Assembly: GCA_002428705.1 (NCBI GenBank)
Contig: DIXN01000001.1
Location: 15,030 to 79,029, forward strand
Direction: 5' to 3'
DNA: 64,000 bases
Source: Desulfovibrio sp. UBA6079
Lineage (GTDB): Bacteria > Desulfobacterota > Desulfovibrionia > Desulfovibrionales > Desulfovibrionaceae
Made by a program: the position numbers and the translations under genes. Below, one piece after another: positions 1 to 9,101 of the stretch (positions are counted from its first letter, which is position 1; each line of letters opens with the position of its first letter). The notes beneath the pieces are model-generated. The model did not search any database and was not told where the DNA came from. It was given only the letters and a program-made list of their open reading frames with translations.

Positions 1-674
1 CATTCTCCGCCGTAGACGTGGGGGAACAGGATGAGCCCGGCGCCGGCGAACAGGGCGTCGAAGGCGCCGGCCAGGCCGAGCCAGGCGCCGACGTCCTCCG
101 CCGGCCCGGGGGTCAGGACCGCGCTCATGGTGCGGATGCCGGCCAGGAGCACCGGGGCGAGCAGGGGAAAGAGGACCACGGACAGGAGCGACTCGCGGGC
201 CGCCGCGCCCTGGGCCAAGGCGCCAAGGAGCGAGCCGAGCACGGCCAGGCCGAAATCCACGGCCAGGAGCGAAAGGGGTCCGAGGAGCCCGCCGCCCAGG
301 TGGTCCTGGCCGAGGAAGACAACTGCCGCCGGGGCGAAGACGAGCTGGCAGACGAGCAGGCACAGCCCCCCGGCCGCGGCCTTGCCGAGCCAGACCGCCT
401 GGGTGGCGATGGGCGCGAGAATGAGGCCCTGGCGCGCGCCGGCTTCTTCTTCCAGGGCGTAGAGGGCGTTGAAGATGAGCACCAAGGCGAAGGCCGAGGC
501 CAGCCAGAAGATGGCCGCCGCGGCCTGGGGCTCGGGCCTGACCCCGGCCGGGGCGGACAGGCTGAAGAGAAAGACCAGCAGAAGCCCGAGGAGCAGGGCC
601 TGGACCATGCCCTGGCCGCCGGCCAGGAGCAGGCGCAGGTCCTTGCCGGCGATGACGGCGGCGGCCCTCAGCAT
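1..674 (-). CDS. ccmB: heme exporter membrane protein CcmB (C-terminus beyond window edge)
   Basis: Absent from the ORF track because it has no stop in the window. The reverse strand from ATG 674..672 reads MLRAAAVIAGKDLRLLLAGGQGMVQALLLGLLLVFLFSLSAPAGVRPEPQ... This is a hydrophobic multi-TM protein with a CcmB-like PEP region. The ATG overlaps the ccmA stop (ATGCTGA). Gene order is ccmE-F-A-B. Confidence 0.7.
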   Translation of the reverse strand, partial: MLRAAAVIAGKDLRLLLAGGQGMVQALLLGLLLVFLFSLSAPAGVRPEPQAAAAIFWLASAFALVLIFNALYALEEEAGARQGLILAPIATQAVWLGKAAAGGLCLLVCQLVFAPAAVVFLGQDHLGGGLLGPLSLLAVDFGLAVLGSLLGALAQGAAARESLLSVVLFPLLAPVLLAGIRTMSAVLTPGPAEDVGAWLGLAGAFDALFAGAGLILFPHVYGGE

Positions 675-1333
675 ACCGCGCCCTCCGGGGTGTAGTCCCG
701 GGCCGGGCCGACGTAGGCCGCGCGGCCGGCGTCGAGATGGAGCACATTGTCAGCCAGGGCCAGGTCGCGGTGCACGGCGTGGCTGACCCAGACCATGGCC
801 GCGCCGCGCTTGCGGGCGCCGACCAGGGCCGCGACGAGCACGTCCGAGGAGCGGGCGTCCAGACCCGTGGCCGGCTCGTCGAGAAAGATGAGCCCGGGCT
901 CGGGCAAAAAGACCCGGGCCAGGTTCAGGCGCTGGGCCATGCCCCGGGAGAAGGTTCCGGCCTCCTCCTCGGCCACGCGCGAAAGCCCCACGCGCTCGAG
1001 CGCCGCGAGCAGTTCCTTGCGCCCGGCCGGCAGTCCGTAGAGCCTGGCCCAGAAGGCCAGATTGGCCAGGGCGGTCAGGCGCGGGTAGATGAAGGTCTTG
1101 TGGCCGAGGTAACCCATGCGCTCGGGCGGCAGATGGCGGATTACCGTGCCCCGGTCGGGCTTGGAAAGACCGGACATGACCGAGAGCAGCGTCGACTTGC
1201 CCGCGCCGTTGGCCCCGACCAGGAGCCAGATCTCCCCCGGATACACGGCCAGGCTCAGGTCCTTGAAGACGAGCTTCGGGCCGTAGAGCTTGGCCACGCC
1301 CGAGAGCGAGAGCACCGGGCTAGGGCTGACCAC
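668..1333 (-). CDS. ccmA: heme exporter ABC ATPase CcmA
   Basis: 221-aa ABC ATPase with Walker A GANGAGKST, signature FSRGMAQRL and Walker B LIFLDEP. It lies between ccmF and ccmB with overlapping stop/start codons. The start is GTG 1333; GTG 1315, just past the ccmF stop, is an alternative. Confidence 0.85.
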   Translation of the reverse strand: MVSPSPVLSLSGVAKLYGPKLVFKDLSLAVYPGEIWLLVGANGAGKSTLLSVMSGLSKPDRGTVIRHLPPERMGYLGHKTFIYPRLTALANLAFWARLYGLPAGRKELLAALERVGLSRVAEEEAGTFSRGMAQRLNLARVFLPEPGLIFLDEPATGLDARSSDVLVAALVGARKRGAAMVWVSHAVHRDLALADNVLHLDAGRAAYVGPARDYTPEGAVC

Positions 1334-3209
1334 GGTCCTTCTCCCGGCGGGAGCCGAAGACCAGGAAAACCGAGAGGCACATGAGCGTGCCGCCGATCCA
1401 CAGCCAGTTGACCAGGGGATTCAAGCTGATCTTGAGGCTCGCCTCGCCGGCTTCATTTGCGCTCAGAAGCACGGCGTAGATCTCGGTGCCGAGCGAGGGC
1501 AGGACCGAGACCTCGGCGAAGGGCTGCTCGAAGTTGCGGTACAGCCGGCGCTCGGGGACGAGCTCGCCGACCGGGCGGCCGTCCCTGGTCACCGTCAGGT
1601 GGGCGGTGATGGAGGCCATGGCCGGAGTCTCGGCGTGGCTAAGCTCGGTGTAGGTGAAGGCGTAGCCGCCGAGGCTCACGGTCTCGCCCTTCCTGGCCAC
1701 GATCTCGCGGCTGTCCTGGTAGGGGCCGGACACGGCCACGCCGAGGACGATCATGGCCAGCCCCAGGTGGATGCCGACGAAGCCCAGGCCCCGGCGGGTG
1801 CGCGCGGACTTGTCCGCGACGAGCGTGCCGGCCATGGAGATGGCCAGGCCCACGCCCGCGGCGGCGCCGACCAGGGCCAGCGGCGCGCGCACGCCGAGGC
1901 CGTAGAGCAATCCGGCCGCGGCCAGGGTGCCGCCGAAGACCGAGAAGGCATACGACCTGTGCCGCCAGTCGCCCTTCCAGCCGAGCCAGGGGCAGGCCAC
2001 GGCGAGCAGCCCGATGAGGGCGAAAAGCGGCAGGCAGACCCGGTTGTAGAAGCCGGCGTCCAGGCCCACGGGGCTCTCGCTCCAGAGCTTGGAGATGATT
2101 GGCCACATGGTGCCGAGCAGGATAATCATGCCCAGGGCGAGTAGTAACCAGGTGGCCAGGAGCAGGAAGCCCGGCCGCGAGACCATGGCATCCATGGGCC
2201 GGGTCTCGGGCCGCGGTGCAACAGCCAGGACCAGGCCGGTCAGGCCCAGGCCGGCAAGGACCGAGATGAGCAGCGGCCCGCCCACGCCGCCGTCGCCGAA
2301 GGCATGGAGCGACTCGACCACGCCGCTGCGCACCAGGTAGGTGGCGAAGACGGCCAGGATGAGGGTCAGGCAGACGAGGAAGACGTTGGTCCCGGCCAGG
2401 CTACCCCGGCGGTCCTCGATGACCGCGGTGTGCAGGAAGGCCGTGGCCGAGAGCCAGGGGATGAGCGAGGCGTTCTCCACCGGGTCCCAGGCCCAATACC
2501 CGCCCCAGCCGAGCTCCATGTACGACCACCAGCCGCCGAGGATGATGCCGGCGGTGAGGAAGATCCAGGAAAAGAGCGCCCAGGTCCGGCCCACGGGCAG
2601 CCAGCGCCGGCCCTCGCCGGACAGGCGCGCGGCCAGCGCCAGGCAGGCCGGGACGGTGAAGCCGCCGTAGCCCAGGAACAGAAGCGGCGGATGAAAGATC
2701 ATGCCCGGGTTCTGCAAGAGGGGGTTCAGACCCCGGCCGTCGGGCGGCGGCGGCACGATCTGGCGGAAGGGGTTGGACCAGGTGGTCAGCAGCAGCAGGA
2801 AAAGGGCCTGGACGAGCAGGAACAGGATCCAGAACCAGGCCCGGGTGTTCTCCGAAAACCCCCGGTAGCCGCGGGTCAACGGAAAGACCGCCGCGGCCAG
2901 GGCGACCATCCAGGCCCAGAACAGGAGCGAGCCGTCCTGGCCGGCCCAGAAGGCGGTCAGGCGGTAGAAGAGCGGCAGCAGGCGGTCGGTGTATTCCGAC
3001 ACGTAGAGGTTGGAGAAATCGAAACCGACCAGGGCGCCGAACAGGATGGAGCTGGCCAGACTGATCAGCAGCGCGGCCAGGAAATGGCCCTTCTCGACCA
3101 GGAGAAGCCAGCTGCGCGAGCCGGTCCAGACCTGGAGCCCGGCCATGGCGGCAGCGCAAAGGCTCACGAACAGAGCCCCGAGGAGCCCGAAATAAGCCAC
3201 GGTATGCAT
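1320..3209 (-). CDS. ccmF: cytochrome c heme lyase subunit CcmF
   Basis: 629-aa polytopic membrane protein with the tryptophan-rich motif WGGYWAWDPVENASLIPWL typical of the CcmF/CcmC family. ATG start at 3209. Confidence 0.9.
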   Translation of the reverse strand: MHTVAYFGLLGALFVSLCAAAMAGLQVWTGSRSWLLLVEKGHFLAALLISLASSILFGALVGFDFSNLYVSEYTDRLLPLFYRLTAFWAGQDGSLLFWAWMVALAAAVFPLTRGYRGFSENTRAWFWILFLLVQALFLLLLTTWSNPFRQIVPPPPDGRGLNPLLQNPGMIFHPPLLFLGYGGFTVPACLALAARLSGEGRRWLPVGRTWALFSWIFLTAGIILGGWWSYMELGWGGYWAWDPVENASLIPWLSATAFLHTAVIEDRRGSLAGTNVFLVCLTLILAVFATYLVRSGVVESLHAFGDGGVGGPLLISVLAGLGLTGLVLAVAPRPETRPMDAMVSRPGFLLLATWLLLALGMIILLGTMWPIISKLWSESPVGLDAGFYNRVCLPLFALIGLLAVACPWLGWKGDWRHRSYAFSVFGGTLAAAGLLYGLGVRAPLALVGAAAGVGLAISMAGTLVADKSARTRRGLGFVGIHLGLAMIVLGVAVSGPYQDSREIVARKGETVSLGGYAFTYTELSHAETPAMASITAHLTVTRDGRPVGELVPERRLYRNFEQPFAEVSVLPSLGTEIYAVLLSANEAGEASLKISLNPLVNWLWIGGTLMCLSVFLVFGSRREKDRGQP

Positions 3210-3315
3210 GCGTTTCCCCGGAAGGCGAGATCGCCCGGACAGGCCCGGGCGTCAACGGATTTCCTTAGACTGCCTCGGCGAGAAAAACAAGAAAAGCCGG
3301 CGAAGCGGACGGCCG

Positions 3316-3756
3316 CTACCCCTTGACGGCCCGGGCGGCCTTCTCCTCGTCGCGCTGCTTCTGGTACTTCGACGGGCACTTGGTCATGAGGGTCGCGGCC
3401 TTGAAGACCTTGGCCGCCGGGTCGAGCCCGCCCTCGACGATGACCTCGACCCCGGGCTTGAAGGTGTCGGGCAGCGCGCCGCGATAGTCCACGCTCACGG
3501 TCACCGCCGGATTGTCCTTGTCGGCCAGGACGAAGGTCGCGCCCAGGCCGCCCGGAGCCGGCACCAGCCCTTCGGGCAGGACCGTGCCGAACATGCGCGC
3601 CTGGATCAGCTTGCCCGGCTCCATGGCCAGGGCCTCGGAGACGTTGACGAAGTAGACGCTGCCCGAGGACAGGCCGGAATAGAGGAGCCAGCCCAAACCC
3701 GCGGCAAAGAGGGCGAAGGCGACGACATAGATGGAGGTGTTCTTCTTGGCTGCCAT
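3316..3756 (-). CDS. ccmE: heme chaperone CcmE, Cys-type (CxxxY) variant
   Basis: Start moved to the internal ATG at 3756 (MAAKKNTSIYVVAFALFAAGLGWLLY: one N-terminal TM segment followed by a soluble domain). The upstream 71 codons of the track ORF are R/G/P-rich and were rejected. The C-terminal LMTKCPSKYQ aligns with the HxxxY heme-binding motif of canonical CcmE but has Cys. Confidence 0.85.
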   Translation of the reverse strand: MAAKKNTSIYVVAFALFAAGLGWLLYSGLSSGSVYFVNVSEALAMEPGKLIQARMFGTVLPEGLVPAPGGLGATFVLADKDNPAVTVSVDYRGALPDTFKPGVEVIVEGGLDPAAKVFKAATLMTKCPSKYQKQRDEEKAARAVKG

Positions 3757-3803
3757 AACCCTACCTTGTGGGTTCTCTTCGCCCGAAGTCAAGCCCGAGA
3801 GGC

Positions 3804-4856
3804 CTAGGACTTGCGGCCGACCAGGAGCCGGCGCTTCTGGCGGGCCAGCTCGCGCATGTCGACCACCTGGTCGGTCTCGTCCACGATCTCCTTGCCCAAT
3901 ATCTCCTCCAGCACGTCCTCCAGGGTGACCAGACCCGAGACCCCGCCGTACTCGTCCAGGACCACGCACAAATGCAGGCGCGACTCCAGGAACTTCACCA
4001 GCAGCCTGTCCAGGGTCATGGTCTCCATGACGAACTCGACCGGCTTCATGAGCTTGATCAGCGCCAGGTCGTCCAGATCGTTGACCAGGGCCTCCAGCAC
4101 CTCGCGGCGGAAGACCAAGCCCACGATCTTCTCCCGGTCGTCATCCTCGTAGATCGGGATGCGGCTGTGCGGCCAGACCGCCTTCAGGGCCTTGGCCTCG
4201 GCCACGGTCATGGTCGCCGGCAGGCTGAAGACCACGGTGCGCGGGGTCATGATGTCCTGGACCAGCTTCTGGTCCAGGGACAGGATGTTCCTGATCGACA
4301 GCTCCTCGAAGGGCTTCAAGAGCCCGGCCTGGCGGGTCAGGCTGACCATGGCCCGGATGTCGTCCTCGGTGGCGCTCGGGCCGCGGGTCTTGGACTGCAG
4401 AAAACCCACGATGCGCGTCAGCAGCCAGATGACCGGCGCCAGCCCCACCACCAGCCAGAACAACGGCCGGGCCATGGCCACGGCCACCGGCCGGCTGTAG
4501 GCCACGCCGATGGTCTTGGGCACGATCTCGCCGAAGATGAGGATGATCATGGTGAAGGCCACGGCGAAAAGGCCCAGGCTCTCCGGCCCGAATACATCGG
4601 CCGCGGCCACGCCGGCCACCGTGGCGCCGACGGTGTTGGCGATGGTGTTCAGGGTCAGGATGGCGGAGATGGGCTTTTCGATATTCTGCCGCAGCTCGAA
4701 CAGCAACAGGCCGACCTTGCGGCCTTCCCTGCGCAAGCCCTCGATGCGGCTCCAGGAGATGGAATAGAGCGCGGCCTCGGCCAGGGAGCAGAGAAACGAG
4801 CAGAGCGTGGCCAGGCCCACGGCAAGAAGGAGCGCGAACATCGGCGGGGTCGTCAT
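3804..4856 (-). CDS. CNNM/DUF21 membrane domain plus CBS-pair protein (CorC/HlyC-family transporter-like)
   Basis: N-terminal TM segments (MFALLLAVGLATLCSFLCSLAEAALYS...). C-terminal CBS-pair-like region (...VQDIMTPRTVVFSL..., ...VVLDEYGGVSGLVTLEDVLEEILG). Start moved to ATG 4856 (MTTPPMF). Confidence 0.8.
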   Translation of the reverse strand: MTTPPMFALLLAVGLATLCSFLCSLAEAALYSISWSRIEGLRREGRKVGLLLFELRQNIEKPISAILTLNTIANTVGATVAGVAAADVFGPESLGLFAVAFTMIILIFGEIVPKTIGVAYSRPVAVAMARPLFWLVVGLAPVIWLLTRIVGFLQSKTRGPSATEDDIRAMVSLTRQAGLLKPFEELSIRNILSLDQKLVQDIMTPRTVVFSLPATMTVAEAKALKAVWPHSRIPIYEDDDREKIVGLVFRREVLEALVNDLDDLALIKLMKPVEFVMETMTLDRLLVKFLESRLHLCVVLDEYGGVSGLVTLEDVLEEILGKEIVDETDQVVDMRELARQKRRLLVGRKS

Positions 4857-4943
4857 GCCTCCAGCCCACCTGCTAGCAGAAGCCGCGGCTGCGGGCAAGC
4901 GCGCATGCCTTGACGCCGGACACAATCGCGTTCAAGTAGCCTC

Positions 4944-5978
4944 ATGCTCTTCGACAAGCCCAAGCCCGACGGCCCGACCTTCGACGCCGTGGCCGTGCGC
5001 CTCTCGGCCCTCGGCGACGTGGTCCTGACCACCGGCGTCCTCGACTACTGGCTGCGCACCCGCAACATGCACTTCGCGGTCATCACCCGCGAGCGCTTCG
5101 CCCCGGTCTTCCTGCGCCACCCGGCCGTGCCCGCGGTCCTGGCCGTGAAGGACAACGAGGTCAGCCAGAACTGGTACAAGTCCGCCTCGGAGCTGGCCCG
5201 GGCCTTCGGCGGCCTGCCGCTCATCGACCTCCACGGCACCGGCCGCACCCTGCTGCTCGCCTCCATGTGGAAAGGCAAATACTCCCGCTACCCCAAATTC
5301 GGCTTCGCCCGCCGCCTCTACCGGGCCTTCAGGCTCGGCCGGGCCGAGGCCAGGCTGCTTGCGGCCAACGTCCCCCAGCGCTACGCACTGGCCCTCGAGG
5401 ATACCCCGCCCCCGGCCTCGGCCCTGACCCCCAAGCTCTTCCTCGGCGACGAGGAGCGCGCGGAAGCCACCATCTTCCTCGCCTCCCTCGACCTGCCCCG
5501 GCCCTTTATCGCCCTGCACCCCTACGCCACCCACGAGAACAAGGCCTGGCCCGAGGAGCACTGGCTCGCCCTGGCCAGGCGCCTGACCGAGGCCGGCCTG
5601 CCCTACGTCGTCGTCGGCCGCTCCAAGACTCCCTTCCTCAAGCACCTGGCCCGGGACCGCGACCTGACCAACCAGACCTCGCTGCGCGCCACCATCGCGC
5701 TCCTCGACGCGGCCAGCGCCCTGGTCACCGGCGACTCCGGCCCCATGCACCTGGCCGGCGGCGTGAACACCCCCGTGGCCGCCCTCTTCGGCCCCACCAC
5801 CCGGGCCTGGGGCTTCTACCCCGCCGGCCAGCGCGACATCATCCTCGAAGCCCCCCTGCCCTGCCGCCCCTGCTCGCTCCACGGCGGCAAACGCTGCACC
5901 CGCAACCGCGAATGCCTGGCCGCCATCGGGCCGGAAACGGTGTTCGAGGCCGTGATGCAGTTACTATCACCGGATTAG
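4944..5978 (+). CDS. glycosyltransferase family 9 (LPS heptosyltransferase-like)
   Basis: 344 aa with GT9-type motifs LHPYATHENKAWPEEHW and TGDSGPMHLAGGVNTPVAALFGPT. ATG at 4944. Confidence 0.8.
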   Translation: MLFDKPKPDGPTFDAVAVRLSALGDVVLTTGVLDYWLRTRNMHFAVITRERFAPVFLRHPAVPAVLAVKDNEVSQNWYKSASELARAFGGLPLIDLHGTGRTLLLASMWKGKYSRYPKFGFARRLYRAFRLGRAEARLLAANVPQRYALALEDTPPPASALTPKLFLGDEERAEATIFLASLDLPRPFIALHPYATHENKAWPEEHWLALARRLTEAGLPYVVVGRSKTPFLKHLARDRDLTNQTSLRATIALLDAASALVTGDSGPMHLAGGVNTPVAALFGPTTRAWGFYPAGQRDIILEAPLPCRPCSLHGGKRCTRNRECLAAIGPETVFEAVMQLLSPD

Positions 5979-6012
5979 AGTCTACAACTTTGTATATGGG
6001 AGGGCACTTGTC

Positions 6013-6843
6013 ATGGCGGGGAAAAACATCAAAAAGAATTTGCCATCAAGGGAGAAACGTCCAGCCTTAGCAGATGAAAAATTTGATATAAAAAGATTAC
6101 AAACTGCATACATAACTGGTATCGATTTATCTTTAATAGATTCAGCGCTCGAAGAATTAATGCCCAGAATGACCAATGCATTTATATATCCGAAACCACA
6201 ACCATTTGGCATCACAAAAACTTATAGCTTTGATTATGACTATGAATATTACCTAAAATGGGGATATGGTAGAAATGAAATTACCAAGGGCCTCATTTGG
6301 TTTGCATTTACATTTAGCGAACACAAAAATAACAAACCAAACATATCCATAATATTTTACAATCATGCCTGTGACATATCAATAAATTCAGAACTAATGA
6401 CATCCCAAAGAGTTATTCTTAAGAAATGCCAAAACAATGCAAAAGAATTTGACACCCTCCTTCAAGATCATGGCGGGTTATATTTAAAAACATATTTCAA
6501 AATTGAACACCAACCACGATTTTATCATTGGATGTTGGATCAGTTTGAAAAGCCATCCACCTTTTCGAGCACTAGTATACTTGATTATTATAATGATGCA
6601 CACTCGAAATATAATAACACTCGACAGCAATTGATTCAATTTATTAAAAAGAATAGCAATCTATCACAAAATCAATTTGCCCACATGATGGATAAGAACA
6701 TTAACCTAAACCACGCCATAAGACTAGTTGATCCCATATTTGAAAGCGATTCTTTTTGGAGTTACGACTTTAAAAAACAGCTAGATGAAATCTATAATAA
6801 AGTTATCAAAATGAAAAAGCTGCTCTATTTCTTGCTTTCGTGA
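6013..6843 (+). CDS. hypothetical protein in an AT-rich block (orphan, function unknown)
   Basis: This is the only long ORF in a ~0.9-kb AT-rich block. Hand-counted 60-nt lines starting at 6061 and 6601 give 19/60 and 16/60 G+C, against 43/60 at 5881. GGGAGGG lies 8 nt upstream of ATG 6013. The protein is N/K/Y/F-rich, has no TM segment and no motif I recognise. Confidence 0.6.
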   Translation: MAGKNIKKNLPSREKRPALADEKFDIKRLQTAYITGIDLSLIDSALEELMPRMTNAFIYPKPQPFGITKTYSFDYDYEYYLKWGYGRNEITKGLIWFAFTFSEHKNNKPNISIIFYNHACDISINSELMTSQRVILKKCQNNAKEFDTLLQDHGGLYLKTYFKIEHQPRFYHWMLDQFEKPSTFSSTSILDYYNDAHSKYNNTRQQLIQFIKKNSNLSQNQFAHMMDKNINLNHAIRLVDPIFESDSFWSYDFKKQLDEIYNKVIKMKKLLYFLLS

Positions 6844-6871
6844 GGATCGCATCAGGAATGGTTTCCTCCCG

Positions 6872-7002
6872 CCACTCGAACTGAAAATCGAAGCCCCCGG
6901 TGTTCTTCGCACCGGGGGCTTCGATTTTCAGACTGCGGGGTCGAGGGGGGTCACCCCCCTCGTGGAGGTCCAGGGGGCGACGCCCCCTGGCCGCCGGAGG
7001 CC
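6872..7002 (+). repeat. modular hairpin mosaic repeat, copy A (HP1-HP2-HP3b-tail)
   Basis: HP1 6881..6931: CTGAAAATCGAAGCCCCCGGTG / CACCGGGGGCTTCGATTTTCAG, 22-bp stem. HP2 6942..6962: CGAGGGGGG-TCA-CCCCCCTCG. HP3b 6970..6990: CCAGGGGGCG-A-CGCCCCCTGG. Tail 6991..7002: CCGCCGGAGGCC. Confidence 0.9.
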
Positions 7003-7670
7003 GCCGTCGCCGCCTGCCCTTCGCCCCACCAGCAGCGCACGTCGGGGTCCAGGCTGCGCAGGGCGTGGTCCACGGCCGGGGGGACGAGGCCGCAGAGGCT
7101 TTTGCCGGCGAGAAAAGCATCGCGCACGGCGGTGGCGCTGATATCCAGGCGAGGGATGGGCAGGAAGCGCAGGCTGTGGCCGTTTGCGAAGCGCCAGAGG
7201 TCCTCGGCGGTGCGTTCTGCCTCGGGCCAGAAGGCGGCGGCGAAGCGGGCGATGGTCGGCAGATCCACGTCTTCGCGGGCCACGGCCACGAGGTGGGCGT
7301 GGTCGGTCAGCTCGCGGGCGCGGTGCCAGGATCCGAGCTTGAGCACGTCCTCGGCGCCGAGGAGGAAGTGGAGATCGGCCTCGGGCAGAAGGCGGCGGTA
7401 GCGCATGAGGGTGTGCAGGGTGTAGGACGGGCCGGACATGGCCGCCTCGACCAGGCTGATCCGGGCCCAGGGCAGGTCGGCCACGGCCAGGCGCAGGAGG
7501 TGCCAGCGCACGGGCAGGGGCAGGAAGCCGCCGCAATCCTTCAGGGGGTGGCGGGCGGCGGGAACGAGGTCCAGGCGGTCGAAGCCGAGGCGTTCGCGGA
7601 CTTCGACCGCCAGCCGGAGGTGGCCGTTGTGGACCGGATTGAAGCTGCCGCCGTAGAGCCCGAGGCGCAT
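6951..7670 (-). CDS. nadD: nicotinate-nucleotide adenylyltransferase
   Basis: MRLGLYGGSFNPVHNGHL carries the HxGH nucleotidyltransferase motif. The gene lies directly downstream of proA. The last ~17 codons and the stop codon lie inside repeat copy A. Confidence 0.85.
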   Translation of the reverse strand: MRLGLYGGSFNPVHNGHLRLAVEVRERLGFDRLDLVPAARHPLKDCGGFLPLPVRWHLLRLAVADLPWARISLVEAAMSGPSYTLHTLMRYRRLLPEADLHFLLGAEDVLKLGSWHRARELTDHAHLVAVAREDVDLPTIARFAAAFWPEAERTAEDLWRFANGHSLRFLPIPRLDISATAVRDAFLAGKSLCGLVPPAVDHALRSLDPDVRCWWGEGQAATAASGGQGASPPGPPRGG

Positions 7671-7841
7671 TTGGTGTCGCGTCCTTCAATAGACGGTGAG
7701 TGAAGACGCGACACCAGGGGCCGCCGAGAGGCGGCTCCGCTGCCGCAGGCGGCGTGAGCAAGCCGAAAACCACGTTTTTGGGCTTGCGGTCATCCTCGAA
7801 ATGCTTCCTTTGAAATCTGTATGCATTTCGAGGACGTCACA

Positions 7842-9101
7842 CTAGGAGCGGACTTGGCCGTCGCCGAAGGCTATGAGCTTGGTTCCGGTCAGCTCGCGCA
7901 CGCCCATGGGGCCGTAGGCGTGGAGCTTGGAGGTGGAGATGCCGATCTCGGCGCCCAGGCCCAGCTCGCCGCCGTCGTTGAAGCGCGAGGAGGCGTTGAT
8001 GAGCACGAGGGAGGCGTCCACCTCGCGCAGGAAGCGCATGGCCGCAGGGTGGTCGGTGGTGCAGATGAACTCGGTGTGGTTGGAGCCGTAGGCCGCGATG
8101 TGGGCCAGGGCCTCGTCGAGCGAGTCCACGGTCTTCACGGCCATGATCAGCTCGTGGAACTCGTGGCCCCAGTCCGAGTCCTTGGCCGGCACGGCCTTGG
8201 CGCCGAGGAGCGGCAGCGAGCGGGGGCAGGCGCGCAGCTCGACGCCCGCGCCGCCCAGGCGCTCGGCCACCCGGGGCAGGAAGTCGGAGGCGACCTTCTC
8301 ATGGACCAGCAGGCATTCGGCGGCGTTGCACACGCCCGGGCGGTGGCACTTGGCGTTGAAGACGAGACTCAAAGCCTGGTCGAGGTCGGCCCACTGGTCC
8401 ACGTAGGCGTGGCAGACGCCCTTGTAGTGCTTGAGCACGGGCATGGTGGCCTCGCTGACCACGGCCCGGATGAGTCCCTCGCCGCCGCGGGGGATGACCA
8501 CGTCGATGTATTCGTCGAGTTTGAGGAGCGCGGAGACGGCGGCGCGGTCGGTGGTCGGCAGGACCTGGGCCGCGGCCGCGGGCAGTCCGGCCTCGGCCAG
8601 GGCTTTCTGCAGCACCGCGGCCAGGGCCTGGTTGGAGTGGAAGGCCTCGGAGCCGCCGCGCAGGATGACAGCGTTGCCGGCCTTGAGGCAGAGGATGCTC
8701 GCGTCGATGGTCACGTTGGGCCGGGACTCGTAGATCATGCACAACACGCCCAGCGGCACGCGCATGCGGCCCACGAGCAGCCCGTTGGGCCGCTTGGTCA
8801 TGGACTCGATCTCGCCCACCGGGTCGGACTGGGCGGCGACCTCGTGGCAGGCCCGGATCATATCGGTCATGGCCTTGTCGGACAGGGTCAGGCGATCCAG
8901 GCGGGCGGCGTCCAGGCCGGCGGCGCGGGCCGCGGCCAGGTCTTTGTCGTTGGCGGCGCGGATGACCGGGGCCTCGGCCTGGAGCAGCCGGGCGACGTTC
9001 TCGATGACCCGGTTGCGGGTCAGCCCGTCGCTGGCGGCGAGCGTCCGGGCGGCGGTCTTGGCGGCCTTGGCCAGCGCGATCATCTGGGCGGTGATATCCA
9101 T
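7842..9101 (-). CDS. proA: gamma-glutamyl phosphate reductase
   Basis: 419 aa. ProA-typical blocks RVPLGVLCMIYESRPNVTIDA, AGNAVILRGGSEA and the catalytic Cys region GVCNAAECLLVH. Confidence 0.92.
   Translation of the reverse strand: MDITAQMIALAKAAKTAARTLAASDGLTRNRVIENVARLLQAEAPVIRAANDKDLAAARAAGLDAARLDRLTLSDKAMTDMIRACHEVAAQSDPVGEIESMTKRPNGLLVGRMRVPLGVLCMIYESRPNVTIDASILCLKAGNAVILRGGSEAFHSNQALAAVLQKALAEAGLPAAAAQVLPTTDRAAVSALLKLDEYIDVVIPRGGEGLIRAVVSEATMPVLKHYKGVCHAYVDQWADLDQALSLVFNAKCHRPGVCNAAECLLVHEKVASDFLPRVAERLGGAGVELRACPRSLPLLGAKAVPAKDSDWGHEFHELIMAVKTVDSLDEALAHIAAYGSNHTEFICTTDHPAAMRFLREVDASLVLINASSRFNDGGELGLGAEIGISTSKLHAYGPMGVRELTGTKLIAFGDGQVRS

Noticed and set aside
3757-3969. N-terminal extensions of track ORFs: ccmE, plus 4857..4925, 14674..14832, 20097..20159, 25978..26388, 28115..28159, 29932..30057, 29946..30071 and 60057..60125
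   Set aside because: The extensions are R/G/P-rich. They overlap neighbouring genes, repeats or promoter elements. Each precedes an internal start codon that has a plausible SD sequence and the family-typical N-terminus.
5982-6215. 77-aa minus-strand ORF inside the AT-rich block
   Set aside because: It overlaps the better-supported 276-aa plus-strand ORF and has no SD sequence. Short ORFs like this are expected by chance in AT-rich DNA.
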